Shown here in pieces: positions 7,302 through 16,913 of a stretch of DNA of 33,744 nt. The position numbers were made by a program, and so were the translations under genes. Origin of the DNA: a virus. Lineage: Duplodnaviria > Heunggongvirae > Uroviricota > Caudoviricetes. The first letter of the stretch is position 1; each line of letters opens with the position of its first letter. The stretch lies in IMG/VR virus record IMGVR_UViG_2778261543_000005; one strand, 5' to 3'. Under the pieces are notes generated by a model, which did not search any database, was not told the origin of the DNA, and saw only the letters and a program-made list of their open reading frames with translations.

Positions 7302-8297
7302 GTGACCGTGAGAGCACTACTGACCCCTGAAATTGCCCCGCGTATGGGGATCGTATTGTTCAGGCCAAGTTCAGAGCTGATGCCCCTGTTTATGCAGGGG
7401 CGTGTCCTGCTGGAGCCTGAGCCGGAGCGTTATTCATCTTTCGCCAGTGGTGCCGTTCCCGCGGCATCACAACCGCTGGCGGATGATCCTGCCGTTCGGG
7501 CCGTGTTCCGCAATGAGGCAGTGATCCGTCGTGCTGGTGGCGTGGAATGTCTTGAAAGCTGGTTACTTCGTGAAAAAGGCTGCCAGTGGCCTCATTCCAA
7601 CTGGCACAGCGAGAACATGACCACAATGCGACACGCGCCTGGCGCAATCCGTCTGTGCTGGCACTGCGATAACCAACTGCGCGATCAGTTCACGGAACGG
7701 CTGGAATCAATGGCAACGGATAACTGTGCCCGCTGGGTGTTGTCTGTTGTGCGTCGGGATCTCGGTTTTGATGATAGTCACGTTGTGACAATGCCGGAAC
7801 TGTGCTGGTGGCTGGTTCGTAATGATCTGGCGGATGCCTTACCGGAAAGCGCAGCCCGTAAGGCACTGAGATTACCGAAGCCTGTTGTGCCGTCTGTCAC
7901 CCGGGAAAGTGACCTTGTGCCTTCGGTTCCAGCCACCAGCATCATGCAGGATAAAGCGAAAAAGGTGCTGGCGCTGAAAGTGGAGCCGGAGTCGCCGGAG
8001 TCTTTTATGTTACGCCCCAAACGTCGCCGCTGGGTTAATGAAAAGTACACGCGCTGGGTTAAGACACAGCCGTGTGCATGTTGTGGAAAGCCTGCTGATG
8101 ATCCCCACCACCTGATAGGCCACGGTCAGGGGGGAATGAGTACAAAAGCGCATGACCTCTTTGTGTTGCCTTTGTGCAGAAAGCATCACGACGAGCTGCA
8201 TGCGGATACCGTGGCATTTGAAGAGAAGTATGGCTCCCAGCTGGAGCTGATATTTCGTTTTATCGACCGTGTGTTGGCAATTGGTGTGCTAGCCTGA
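7302..8297 (+). CDS. Phage early protein with C-terminal Cys/His-rich motif (DUF968-like)
   Basis: GTG start at 7302; C-terminal CACCGKP...HHLIGHG...CRKHHDELH suggests a zinc-binding, HNH-like module. Family name from memory, not searched. Confidence 0.45.
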   Translation: MTVRALLTPEIAPRMGIVLFRPSSELMPLFMQGRVLLEPEPERYSSFASGAVPAASQPLADDPAVRAVFRNEAVIRRAGGVECLESWLLREKGCQWPHSNWHSENMTTMRHAPGAIRLCWHCDNQLRDQFTERLESMATDNCARWVLSVVRRDLGFDDSHVVTMPELCWWLVRNDLADALPESAARKALRLPKPVVPSVTRESDLVPSVPATSIMQDKAKKVLALKVEPESPESFMLRPKRRRWVNEKYTRWVKTQPCACCGKPADDPHHLIGHGQGGMSTKAHDLFVLPLCRKHHDELHADTVAFEEKYGSQLELIFRFIDRVLAIGVLA

Positions 8298-8314
8298 TTT
8301 GGTGGAGAAAGTTG

Positions 8315-8680
8315 ATGCGTGATATTCAGATGGTTCTGGAGCGTTGGGGAGCATGGGCGGCGAGTGATAGTTCAGGCGTTGATTATTCACCTATAGCCGC
8401 TGGGTTTAAGGGACTTCTTCCCTATACAAGCAAGAAACGCTTGGCTTGTTCGGATAGTGATGCCTTAATTATTGAAGGTTGTCTTGCTCGTCTAAAGCAA
8501 AAAAGGCCGGACGAACATTCGCTTCTTGTTGCCCATTACCTATACGGTATCTCTAAAAGAAAGCTCGCCAAGGCTCGTAAAAAAGATGAGAAATTGATAC
8601 GTATAGAAATACAGCTAGCCGAAGGATTTATTGATGGCTGCCTTTCCATGCTAGATCTAACATTAGATTTGGACGTTTAA
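8315..8680 (+). CDS. Late-gene antiterminator Q-like protein
   Basis: MRDIQMVLERWGAWAA...IAAGFKG is characteristic of the phage antitermination Q family; sits at the end of the early operon. The track ORF begins at a TTG one codon upstream. Confidence 0.7.
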   Translation: MRDIQMVLERWGAWAASDSSGVDYSPIAAGFKGLLPYTSKKRLACSDSDALIIEGCLARLKQKRPDEHSLLVAHYLYGISKRKLAKARKKDEKLIRIEIQLAEGFIDGCLSMLDLTLDLDV

Positions 8681-8681
8681 T

Positions 8682-8705
8682 AATACGCCCCTGCATGGGC
8701 GTATT
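8682..8705. terminator. Perfect 9-bp stem hairpin (aatacgccc ctgcat gggcgtatt) between convergent Q and KAP NTPase genes; possible bidirectional terminator
   Basis: Exact inverted repeat with a 6-nt loop, flanked by A/T-rich sequence on both sides, lying between two convergent stop codons. Confidence 0.5.
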
Positions 8706-8707
8706 AT

Positions 8708-10039
8708 TTACTGGATGAATGACATTTGATTAATATATTTTATCAATAACTCTCTGGGTGTAGTACTCCAAAAATTTATGTGTTCATAATCAGTATAAAC
8801 ATTTGTGAATTTTTTAAGTTCTTCATCACTTTTAGGGGCAAATCGCTCATTAAGAGTAATACTGTCTTTAATTATTCCGAAGAATACAATGGATATTTCA
8901 GGGATTTGCGATCTTCTCTCATAAGAATAAGGTATTTCTTTTATGTTAAGCAGGTCTGCTAAATAAGATATAGATTCAGCGGTAATTTCTTGTTTTAGTT
9001 TTTCCTTGTTACCAAAGCAATGTATGAAGGCAGCTACGACAAAGATCATATTTATTAAAGGATCACTGCTTTTGTTCTCATCGTCGTTTAACAGTTGAAA
9101 AATGTTAAGATTGCGTGAAAATGTTTGTGTTTCACGTAATGATAAGTTGGTTCGTTGAATTAAATCACGGATAAAGTAACCTGATAATCTATTGATTTTA
9201 TTCAATAACCTTGTTTTTTCTACAAGGTAATCCCAATATATAACAGAGGCTTTACATACGTTGTGACCATTTATCAAACATGTATCTGGAAGCGTGATGG
9301 TATATTTTATAAACTTGTCAAGATACTTTTGTGAGTTAATGCTATAACCATAAATATGATTTATAGATGCTTTTAATTGTTCTGTGTTTGTAACTAAAAT
9401 AAAAAAGACATTATTGATGTCAAAAATGTGTTTTATTGTTTCAATGACATTTGTTGAAAAACTCGGCTTACATCGGTCTAATTCATCAATTATAATTACG
9501 ATTTTTTGATTTTTTGATATGCTTTCGATGCAGGATTTAAGTGAATTTATGTTTTTCTCTGAGTCCATATGGTCTTCAAGCAAATTTTCAATAGTCCCAT
9601 CTATTGCTGCATTGCTTGCTTTCTTCATCGCATCTTGGAATTCTTCGGCAACTTCACTAGCCTCCTGTCGTAAAAACCAACCTGCACCAGCTTTTAGTAC
9701 CGTTTTTAAACCAAAGCGAATTGCAGGAAGAGATCTCTTAATGAAGTGTTGTTTTTCTTCCTCAGGCAAAATGCTGGCAATTGCAGAGGTTATGAGAAGT
9801 AATGGAGATTCTGCATGATCCCCTTTAAAGGCATCAATATAAACAACTTTAGATTCAGTTTCTTGCTCAATAATGAGATTTTTCAGTTTGATACTAAATT
9901 CTGTTTTCCCTGTTCCCCATGCGCCGTCTATTACCAGTGGTGAAATGTCTGCCTCTGGTTTTAGCAACTTGATGATATTTTCAGCGATGTTTCTTCGTTG
10001 GAACTCGTCACGTTCAGTGAAAGATAGTGTATCTAACAT
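8708..10039 (-). CDS. KAP-family P-loop NTPase (443 aa), AT-rich cargo gene inserted antisense between Q and the late region
   Basis: Walker A VIDGAWGTGKTEF near the N-terminus, Walker B IVIIIDELDRC, overall KAP NTPase-like organisation; visibly AT-rich; opposite orientation to flanking phage genes. Confidence 0.8.
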   Translation of the reverse strand: MLDTLSFTERDEFQRRNIAENIIKLLKPEADISPLVIDGAWGTGKTEFSIKLKNLIIEQETESKVVYIDAFKGDHAESPLLLITSAIASILPEEEKQHFIKRSLPAIRFGLKTVLKAGAGWFLRQEASEVAEEFQDAMKKASNAAIDGTIENLLEDHMDSEKNINSLKSCIESISKNQKIVIIIDELDRCKPSFSTNVIETIKHIFDINNVFFILVTNTEQLKASINHIYGYSINSQKYLDKFIKYTITLPDTCLINGHNVCKASVIYWDYLVEKTRLLNKINRLSGYFIRDLIQRTNLSLRETQTFSRNLNIFQLLNDDENKSSDPLINMIFVVAAFIHCFGNKEKLKQEITAESISYLADLLNIKEIPYSYERRSQIPEISIVFFGIIKDSITLNERFAPKSDEELKKFTNVYTDYEHINFWSTTPRELLIKYINQMSFIQ

Positions 10040-10162
10040 AATATAAACCTATTAACTCCTACAGTAAAAAACGAATAATACGACTTTGGGATTAAAAATC
10101 ATTAACGCGGTCCGCAAAAATTCTTGTAATCTGTTAAGAGTGGTTACTTCGCCACACAGCTT

Positions 10163-10194
10163 AAACCCGCCGTCGAGCGGGTTTTGTCGTTTCT
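10163..10194 (+). terminator. Intrinsic terminator (aaacccgc cgtcga gcgggttt + T-rich tail) upstream of lysis genes; candidate tR'-like terminator downstream of the late promoter
   Basis: Perfect 8-bp GC-rich stem followed by ttgtcgtttct, about 140 nt upstream of the holin start. Confidence 0.5.
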
Positions 10195-10336
10195 GGGCTT
10201 TGGTATTCGTTGGGCTTGGTCTATCTAGCTCTTATCCATTGGCTCGGCTTCTTTTACGTTTCCGCTTCTGATTTGCGGTTCGTGGTACTCCCTCAATTTG
10301 CACCTCTTGTATCGGCGAGGTGAGAGATAACTACAA

Positions 10337-10663
10337 ATGCCTCATAACCCAAATACCTGGCTGGAGTTGGTCCAGAGCTGGTGGCGTGGAGACACACCGC
10401 TGGGCGCAGTGATTATGTCGATTGTTATGGCTGGTTTACGTATCGCCTATTTTGGCGGTGGTGGCGGTTGGAAGCGAAAAACACTCGAAATTCTACTCTG
10501 TGGCGCTCTGACGCTGACTTTTGCATCCGCTCTTGAGTATGTCGGATGGCCTAAATCACTATCTGTTGCCATTGGTGGTGGGGTGGGGCTGATCGGTGTC
10601 GATGCTATTCGTGGGGCTGCAATGCGAGTAATCGGTAACAAATTTGGTGGCTCTAAGGAGTAA
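10337..10663 (+). CDS. Holin (lambda S-like, three predicted transmembrane segments)
   Basis: 108 aa with hydrophobic stretches and a charged C-terminus; by-eye similarity to lambda S; immediately upstream of the endolysin. Confidence 0.75.
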   Translation: MPHNPNTWLELVQSWWRGDTPLGAVIMSIVMAGLRIAYFGGGGGWKRKTLEILLCGALTLTFASALEYVGWPKSLSVAIGGGVGLIGVDAIRGAAMRVIGNKFGGSKE

Positions 10664-10666
10664 TTT

Positions 10667-11143
10667 ATGCAGGTACTAAATTCCCAGCGTAAAGCTTTCC
10701 TTGATATGGTGGCTTGGTCAGAAGGAACGGATAACGGACGACAACCGACACGTAACCACGGTTATGACGTTATTGTCGGTGGTGAACTCTTCACTGATTA
10801 CTCCGATCACCCTCGCAAACTTGTCACGCTAAACCCGAAACTCAAGTCAACAGCCGCCGGACGTTACCAGCTTCTTTCACGCTGGTGGGATGCTTACCGT
10901 AAACAGCTTGGCCTGAAAGATTTTTCTCCAGAAAGCCAGGACGCTGTAGCTCTGCAGCAGATTAAAGAGCGTGGCGCTTTACCGATGATTGACCGTGGCA
11001 ATATTCGTCAGGCAATCGACCGTTGCAGCAATATCTGGGCGTCATTACCTGGTGCAGGTTACGGTCAGTATGAACATAAAATCGGTGACCTGATTGCACG
11101 GTTTGAAGAGGCTGGTGGGGTGATAAATGAAGTTGAGCTATAA
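10667..11143 (+). CDS. Endolysin, lambda R-like lytic transglycosylase
   Basis: Near-identity by eye to lambda R (QRKAFLDM.AWSEGTDNGRQ.TRNHGYDVIVGGELFTDYSDHPRKLVTLNPKLKST.AGRYQLLSRWWDAYRKQLGLKDFSP.SQDAVALQQIKERGALPMIDRG.IRQAIDRCSNIWASLPGAGYGQ). Confidence 0.9.
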   Translation: MQVLNSQRKAFLDMVAWSEGTDNGRQPTRNHGYDVIVGGELFTDYSDHPRKLVTLNPKLKSTAAGRYQLLSRWWDAYRKQLGLKDFSPESQDAVALQQIKERGALPMIDRGNIRQAIDRCSNIWASLPGAGYGQYEHKIGDLIARFEEAGGVINEVEL

Positions 11144-11519
11144 GCTGGTTATCGCTGCTTTCTTCGTTACTGTCATTGGTTCTTTCATCTGGTCAGCCAA
11201 CCACTACTACAGCAAATATCAGTACGAAAAGAAACGTGCTGATGAGGCTGAACGAAATGCTGGATCAGCAACAGCCATTACCAATAACGTCCTGCAATCA
11301 CTGCAAATCGTCAATACAGTACTGGAGGCTAACCAGCATGCAAAACAGCAGATCGCACTGGAGTCACAGAGAACCCAGGAAGATATCAAAATGGCTGTTG
11401 CGGATGATGATTGTGCTTCACGTGCTGTGCCTGCTGCCGCTGCTGACCGGTTGCGGAAGTACGCGGACAGTTTACGTGAGCGTTCCGGTGGCACCACTGC
11501 CACCCAGCCTGACTTCTGA
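11127..11519 (+). CDS. Rz-like inner-membrane spanin
   Basis: N-terminal transmembrane segment followed by a coiled-coil-like region; position after the endolysin; partly overlaps Rz1. Confidence 0.6.
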   Translation: MKLSYKLVIAAFFVTVIGSFIWSANHYYSKYQYEKKRADEAERNAGSATAITNNVLQSLQIVNTVLEANQHAKQQIALESQRTQEDIKMAVADDDCASRAVPAAAADRLRKYADSLRERSGGTTATQPDF

Positions 11520-11661
11520 TACTCCTGTACCGTTTATACCTAATCCGCTGACGTATGGTGCCAGTCTGGAGCTGAATGTGAGTCTGTTGTCTGCGCTGGC
11601 TAACTGCAATCGGGATAAAGCTGATATTCGTAAAATAGATGCAGAGAGAACTAACCATTAA
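11404..11661 (+). CDS. Rz1-like outer-membrane lipoprotein spanin (overlapped architecture)
   Basis: ATG at 11404 in the +1 frame of Rz; signal peptide with lipobox LLTGC; Pro-rich mature part. The track ORF 11176-11661 is the long open frame containing it. Confidence 0.6.
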   Translation: MMIVLHVLCLLPLLTGCGSTRTVYVSVPVAPLPPSLTSDTPVPFIPNPLTYGASLELNVSLLSALANCNRDKADIRKIDAERTNH

Positions 11662-11682
11662 GCAATAAAATTGTCAAATTAA

Positions 11683-12309
11683 TCAGTTGTCAAATGAATA
11701 TACGTTAAAGGTATATGTCGACATAATTTCACCAAGTACCTCAATACATACACTTTTTTTATGAAAATTACTGGGAAATGAACTTAGCTCCTCAAGACAT
11801 TGCACATAAGTGCTGATATCACTTGCATCACGTTCAAGGAATTTCACTTGACCAAAAGAAGGAGTTTTAATCTTGGTTCTTTGCTGGATTATATGGATAA
11901 AGTGTGTAGTTGGTGAAACTATTACTCTTGAAATATCGGAAATGATGTCTTCTTGAACTTGCCGATAAAGTAAATCCTTTGGGTAATGGTGTTTTATCTC
12001 GATGGTTGCAACATTGCCATTATGTTCAGACGTTAATATCGACTGGTTATAAAGTGATATGTCAACAGCGCCGATACCGAGTTTTGGATGCTCACTTAAA
12101 GCAGTTAGTGTGCTGATTTGATTGAGTATAACAACTAACTCATCACGTATTTGTGTTTCATGTTTGCGATTGTAGAAGTAGCCATTCAGTTCATTTAACT
12201 TTTTATGCATCCTATCGTGACTAATTGCTTCGATCAGTAAATCCTGAATCATACTTTTCTCTAGGTAATCCGAACGGTTGTAAGTGACAGTATTGTGCTG
12301 GCATGTCAT
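11683..12309 (-). CDS. Hypothetical protein (208 aa), second gene of an AT-rich two-gene cargo operon; possible PD-(D/E)xK-like motif
   Basis: AT-rich, opposite strand to the phage core. GIGAVDISLY...(19 aa)...ATIEIKHH is compatible with a D...ExK nuclease core (speculative). Start uncertain; alternative Met 20 at 12252. Confidence 0.55.
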   Translation of the reverse strand: MTCQHNTVTYNRSDYLEKSMIQDLLIEAISHDRMHKKLNELNGYFYNRKHETQIRDELVVILNQISTLTALSEHPKLGIGAVDISLYNQSILTSEHNGNVATIEIKHHYPKDLLYRQVQEDIISDISRVIVSPTTHFIHIIQQRTKIKTPSFGQVKFLERDASDISTYVQCLEELSSFPSNFHKKSVCIEVLGEIMSTYTFNVYSFDN

Positions 12310-12352
12310 TAATATGTAAAGGTATTGTGAATGCCAGAAAGATAACGAAGTA

Positions 12353-12688
12353 TCATCGATAGAAAAACTTTACAGCCCACTCGTAAACAGCTTTGTAAAT
12401 CGGTTCATGGTAAATACTATCGATACTATTCAGATGTGCGATCATCGCCTCCACAGTTGTAGTGGTTGTTTCTAATATTTCGATTATTGCAGGGCGGTCA
12501 TCATCTTCATCGAAGTATTCGAACAGCAGTACAGGTTTACCATGCAATTCAGCATCTGAGACTCTAAGGTTACAACTACCGCTCAACTCAAAGTGAATTT
12601 TGTAATTACCTTCTACAGAATGGCCTACGGGGAAAAAGTATAGGGTGTCATCTTTGTTCAAAAGCCATTCCCATTCATAACTATTCAT
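12353..12688 (-). CDS. Hypothetical acidic protein (111 aa), first gene of the two-gene cargo operon
   Basis: ATG at 12688 with AGGAG 7 nt upstream on the minus strand; acidic stretch EYFDEDDDRPAIIEILE. Track ORF 12353-12706 trimmed to the RBS-supported start. Confidence 0.55.
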   Translation of the reverse strand: MNSYEWEWLLNKDDTLYFFPVGHSVEGNYKIHFELSGSCNLRVSDAELHGKPVLLFEYFDEDDDRPAIIEILETTTTTVEAMIAHLNSIDSIYHEPIYKAVYEWAVKFFYR

Positions 12689-12838
12689 TTGTGAACTCCT
12701 GTTCATTGAGTTTCAACAACTATCAACTACATCCAGCGAAGCATAAAAGATCGTTTATGGCAAAACCGGAATGGAGTGCGATTCGATTCTGAGAAGGGTG
12801 CCACGTATCGTACGCGAACCATCCAAGAGGATTATGCA

Positions 12839-13189
12839 ATGCCCCTACGAACCCCAAAAGCCTGCCGCGTTCGCGGCTGCCGTAATACCACTACAGACCC
12901 GTCAGGCTACTGCGAAAGCCACAAAAACGAAGGCTGGAAACAATACAAGCCGGGGCAATCTCGTCATCAGCGCGGTTATGGTTCGAAGTGGGATGTTATC
13001 CGCGCGCGTGTGCTGAAGCGTGACAAAGGTTTATGTCAATTATGTCTGCATGCTGGTGTGGTGGGTGAGGCGAAAACCGTTGACCACATCATTCCCAAAG
13101 CGCATGGCGGCACCGATGCCGACAGTAACCTGCAGAGTCTGTGCTGGCCGTGTCATAAGGCGAAGACGGCCCGTGAACGGCTGAAGTAA
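12839..13189 (+). CDS. HNH endonuclease (packaging-associated)
   Basis: ATG at 12839 after aagagg; Cys-rich zinc motifs (CRVRGCRN, CQLC...H, CWPCH) and DHIIPKAHGG HNH core; directly upstream of the terminase genes. Confidence 0.8.
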   Translation: MPLRTPKACRVRGCRNTTTDPSGYCESHKNEGWKQYKPGQSRHQRGYGSKWDVIRARVLKRDKGLCQLCLHAGVVGEAKTVDHIIPKAHGGTDADSNLQSLCWPCHKAKTARERLK

Positions 13190-13215
13190 GAACCAGTTCC
13201 CATTGCCAGAGGGGA

Positions 13216-13275
13216 GGGGCGGGTCAAATCCCTGTGACCTGACGTCTTCCGGACTGCCCGCCCCATCGTTTTTTT
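13216..13275 (+). repeat. Inverted repeat GGGGCGGG...(33 nt)...CCCGCCCC followed by a T7 run; terminator and/or part of the cos/packaging region
   Basis: Perfect 8-bp arms at 13216-13223 and 13257-13264 with an internal ggtca/tgacc stem, then T run 13269-13275, between the HNH and small terminase genes. Confidence 0.4.
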
Positions 13276-13314
13276 ATACCCGCGAAAAATGAAATTTAAC
13301 CAGGAGTGCCGCAT

Positions 13315-13809
13315 ATGGCTGGAACGGCGGGGCGTTCCGGGCGTCGCCCCAAGCCAACGGCGCGCAAGGCGCTGGCCGGAAACCCCGGCAAGCGAGCCCT
13401 GAACAAAGATGAACCTGTTTTTACGCCCATCAAAGGCGTTGAGCCACCGGAGTGGTTCGCAGAAGAAAATCTCCCTCTCGCCACGATCATGTGGCAACTG
13501 ACAACCAAAGAACTCTGCGGTCAGGGCCTGCTGTGCGTGACTGACCTCGCGGTGCTTGAGCGGTGGTGCGTAGCCTATGAGTTCTGGCGACGTGCCGTGA
13601 AAAATATTGCCAGCCAGGGCAACACCATCACCGGTGCAATGGGCGGTATGGTCAAAAATCCGGAGCTGACCGCCAAGAAAGAACAGGAGTCCGAGATGAG
13701 CAGCACGGGGGCAATGCTCGGACTCGACCCCAGCAGCCGCCAGCGTCTGATTGGCCTGGCGGGGCAGAAGAAAGCCACTAACCCGTTTCTGAAAATTATC
13801 GAATCATGA
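13315..13809 (+). CDS. Terminase small subunit (P27-family-like)
   Basis: ATG at 13315 after caggag; basic N-terminus [22 protein letters not shown]; immediately upstream of and overlapping the large terminase. Confidence 0.7.
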   Translation: MAGTAGRSGRRPKPTARKALAGNPGKRALNKDEPVFTPIKGVEPPEWFAEENLPLATIMWQLTTKELCGQGLLCVTDLAVLERWCVAYEFWRRAVKNIASQGNTITGAMGGMVKNPELTAKKEQESEMSSTGAMLGLDPSSRQRLIGLAGQKKATNPFLKIIES

Positions 13810-15539
13810 GCCGGAAATCTTACCCCAACGTAAATGCAGCCAATCAGTATGCCCGTGATGTCGTGCGCGGAAAGATTGTGGCCTGCCAGTTTGTGATTCA
13901 GGCCTGCCAGCGCCATCTTGATGACCTGATGGCGGAAAAAAGTAAGTCGTTTCGTTACCGCTTCGACAAGGACCTGGCTGAACGGGCCGCGAAATTTATT
14001 CAGCTGTTGCCGCATACCAAGGGTGAGTGGGCATTCAAACGGATGCCCATCACGCTGGAGCCGTGGCAGCTCTTTGTGATCTGCTGCGCGTTTGGCTGGG
14101 TCAATAAAGGCTCCCGGCTGCGCCGCTTCCGGGAGGTGTATACCGAAATCCCCCGTAAGAACGGCAAATCGGCAATCTCTGCCGGTGTTGCCCTGTATTG
14201 TTTTGCCTGTGATAACGAGTTCGGCGCGGAAGTGTATTCCGGTGCCACGACGGAGAAACAGGCATGGGAAGTCTTTCGTCCGGCACGACTGATGTGTAAA
14301 CGCACACCCATGCTGACGGAAGCGTTCGGGATTGAGGTTAACGCCTCAAACATGAACCGTCCGGAGGATGGTGCGCGGTTTGAACCGCTGATCGGTAACC
14401 CTGGTGATGGTTCATCACCCCACTGTGCGGTGGTGGATGAATATCACGAGCACGCCACCGATGCGCTTTATACCACGATGCTTACCGGGATGGGGGCGCG
14501 ACGTCAGCCACTGATGTGGGCCATCACCACCGCCGGGTACAACATTGAGGGGCCGTGCTACGACAAGCGGCGGGAAGTTATCGAGATGCTCAACGGTTCG
14601 GTACCCAACGATGAACTGTTCGGGATCATCTATACCGTTGATGAAGGTGACGACTGGACCGACCCGCAGGTGCTGGAAAAAGCCAATCCAAATATTGGCG
14701 TGTCGGTTTATCGCGAATTTTTGTTAAGTCAGCAGCAGCGTGCGAAAAATAACGCCCGTCTGGCAAACGTCTTTAAAACAAAACACCTCAATATCTGGGT
14801 GTCGGCGCGTTCGGCGTATTTCAACCTGGTGAGCTGGCAGAGCTGCGAGGATAAATCACTGACCCTTGAGCAGTTCGAGGGGCAGCCGTGCATTCTGGCC
14901 TTTGACCTGGCGCGTAAGCTGGATATGAACAGCATGGCGCGACTTTATACCCGCGAGATTGACGGTAAAACGCATTACTACAGTGTGGCCCCGCGTTTCT
15001 GGGTACCGTATGACACGGTGTACAGCGTCGAGAAAAATGAAGATCGCCGGACAGCCGAACGCTTTCAGAAATGGGTGGAAATGGGCGTTCTGACTGTTAC
15101 CGCTGGTGCGGAGGTGGATTATCGCTACATCCTCGAGGAGGCCAAAGCGGCGAACAAAATCAGCCCGGTCAGTGAGTCACCCATCGACCCCTTCGGGGCG
15201 ACCGGGCTGTCGCATGACCTTGCTGATGAAGACCTGAACCCCATCACCATCATTCAGAACTACACCAACATGTCCGATCCGATGAAAGAGCTGGAAGCGG
15301 CGATTGAATCGGGGCGCTTTCATCATGACGGCAATCCCATCATGACCTGGTGTATCGGCAACGTGGTCGGCAAAACCATTCCGGGTAACGATGATGTGGT
15401 GAAGCCTGTCAAGGAGCAGGCGGAAAACAAAATCGATGGTGCGGTTGCGCTGATTATGGCGATCGGTCGGGCAATGCTCAAAGAACCCGACGATTTCCTC
15501 TCATCTCTTGATCCGGACGATGCTCTCTTAATTCTATGA
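13806..15539 (+). CDS. Terminase large subunit
   Basis: 577 aa; ATPase and nuclease regions typical of large terminases; position between small terminase and portal. Confidence 0.9.
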   Translation: MSRKSYPNVNAANQYARDVVRGKIVACQFVIQACQRHLDDLMAEKSKSFRYRFDKDLAERAAKFIQLLPHTKGEWAFKRMPITLEPWQLFVICCAFGWVNKGSRLRRFREVYTEIPRKNGKSAISAGVALYCFACDNEFGAEVYSGATTEKQAWEVFRPARLMCKRTPMLTEAFGIEVNASNMNRPEDGARFEPLIGNPGDGSSPHCAVVDEYHEHATDALYTTMLTGMGARRQPLMWAITTAGYNIEGPCYDKRREVIEMLNGSVPNDELFGIIYTVDEGDDWTDPQVLEKANPNIGVSVYREFLLSQQQRAKNNARLANVFKTKHLNIWVSARSAYFNLVSWQSCEDKSLTLEQFEGQPCILAFDLARKLDMNSMARLYTREIDGKTHYYSVAPRFWVPYDTVYSVEKNEDRRTAERFQKWVEMGVLTVTAGAEVDYRYILEEAKAANKISPVSESPIDPFGATGLSHDLADEDLNPITIIQNYTNMSDPMKELEAAIESGRFHHDGNPIMTWCIGNVVGKTIPGNDDVVKPVKEQAENKIDGAVALIMAIGRAMLKEPDDFLSSLDPDDALLIL

Positions 15540-15697
15540 AATCACTAATTGCTGATGTTATCGGGCTGGCTGGTTTTGGCCTGCTTACGTGCGGGTTTTA
15601 CCTGCAGTTTGGTATGGCTCCGGCTCTGATGCTGTCCGGCGGTTTACTGCTGGTGGGCGCACTGGCTATGGCCAGAAGGGGGACGCGTGCTGCTTGA
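15536..15697 (+). CDS. Small hydrophobic protein (53 aa, two predicted TM helices) between terminase and portal
   Basis: ATG at 15536 overlapping the terminase stop; translation [53 protein letters not shown]. Below the track length cut-off; no RBS checked. Confidence 0.3.
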   Translation: MKSLIADVIGLAGFGLLTCGFYLQFGMAPALMLSGGLLLVGALAMARRGTRAA

Positions 15698-16913
15698 TGC
15701 TCTGTTCAGAAGTAAATCACTGGAGAATCCTTCCACCCCGATAACCGGGGATGCCGTTGATACTGATGGGCTGTTCCGGGCAGACGTTTATGTCAGTCCT
15801 GAAACTGCGATGAAACTGGCTGCGGTGTATTCCTGTATCTATGTCCTGTCTTCCAGCCTTGCCCAGATGCCGTTGCATGTTATGCGCAGGCACAATGGGA
15901 AGGTTGAGCCCGCACGCAATCATCCGGCGTTTTATCTGGTTCATGATGAGCCCAATACCTGGCAAACCAGTTACAAATGGCGCGAACTGAAGCAACGTCA
16001 CATCCTTGGCTGGGGGAATGGGTATACCTGGGTGAAACGTAATCGTCGCGGTGAAGTCATATCCCTGGATTGCTGTATGCCGTGGGAAACGACGCTGATG
16101 AATACTGGTGGCCGATACACCTACGGTTTGTACAACGAATATGGGGCGTTTGCGATCAGCCCCGACGATATGATCCACATCCGTGCGCTGGGTAATAATC
16201 AGAAGATGGGGCTGAGTCCGATTATGCAACATGCCGAAACAATAGGCATGGGGATGAGCGGTCAGAAATACACAGAAAGCTTCTTCAGCGGTAATGCCCG
16301 TCCGGCGGGGATAGTATCCGTTAAAAGCGGACTCAATAAGGACAGCTGGGGCTGGCTTAAAGATCAGTGGCAGAAGGCATCGCAGGCGTTACGCAGCCAG
16401 GAAAACAAAACCATGCTGCTGCCAGCCGATCTGGATTACAAGGCACTGACTGTGTCGCCAGTTGACGCTCAGATCATTGACATGATGAAACTGAACCGTT
16501 CAATGATTGCCGGTATTTTCAATATTCCTGCGCACATGATTAATGACCTCGAAAAAGCCACCTTCTCCAATATTTCTGCGCAGGCGATTCAGTTTGTCCG
16601 CTACACGATGATGCCGTGGGTGACGAACTGGGAGCAGGAGCTTAACCGTCGCTTGTTTACCCGCGCTGAGTTAGCCGCCGGGTATTACGTCAGGTTCAAT
16701 CTGACGGGGCTTTTACGCGGAACTCCGCAGGAGCGCGCGCAATTCTATCACTTCGCTATTACCGATGGATGGATGAGCCGTAATGAGGCCCGCGCATTCG
16801 AGGATATGAATCCGGTTGAAGGGCTGGATGAGATGCTGGTAAGCGTGAATGCTGCTAACCCGGCAGGAGATTTTAAGCCCCCAAAAAATGATGAGGGAAA
16901 AACCAATGAATGA
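15687..16913 (+). CDS. Portal protein (HK97-family-like)
   Basis: 408 aa; GTG start after aaggggg; follows the large terminase and precedes the prohead protease. Confidence 0.85.
   Translation: MLLDALFRSKSLENPSTPITGDAVDTDGLFRADVYVSPETAMKLAAVYSCIYVLSSSLAQMPLHVMRRHNGKVEPARNHPAFYLVHDEPNTWQTSYKWRELKQRHILGWGNGYTWVKRNRRGEVISLDCCMPWETTLMNTGGRYTYGLYNEYGAFAISPDDMIHIRALGNNQKMGLSPIMQHAETIGMGMSGQKYTESFFSGNARPAGIVSVKSGLNKDSWGWLKDQWQKASQALRSQENKTMLLPADLDYKALTVSPVDAQIIDMMKLNRSMIAGIFNIPAHMINDLEKATFSNISAQAIQFVRYTMMPWVTNWEQELNRRLFTRAELAAGYYVRFNLTGLLRGTPQERAQFYHFAITDGWMSRNEARAFEDMNPVEGLDEMLVSVNAANPAGDFKPPKNDEGKTNE

Noticed and set aside
11176-11661. Full-length track ORF 11176-11661 as a 161-aa protein
   Set aside because: Only the 3' portion from ATG 11404 has a signal peptide and lipobox consistent with Rz1; the upstream part is the +1 frame of Rz.
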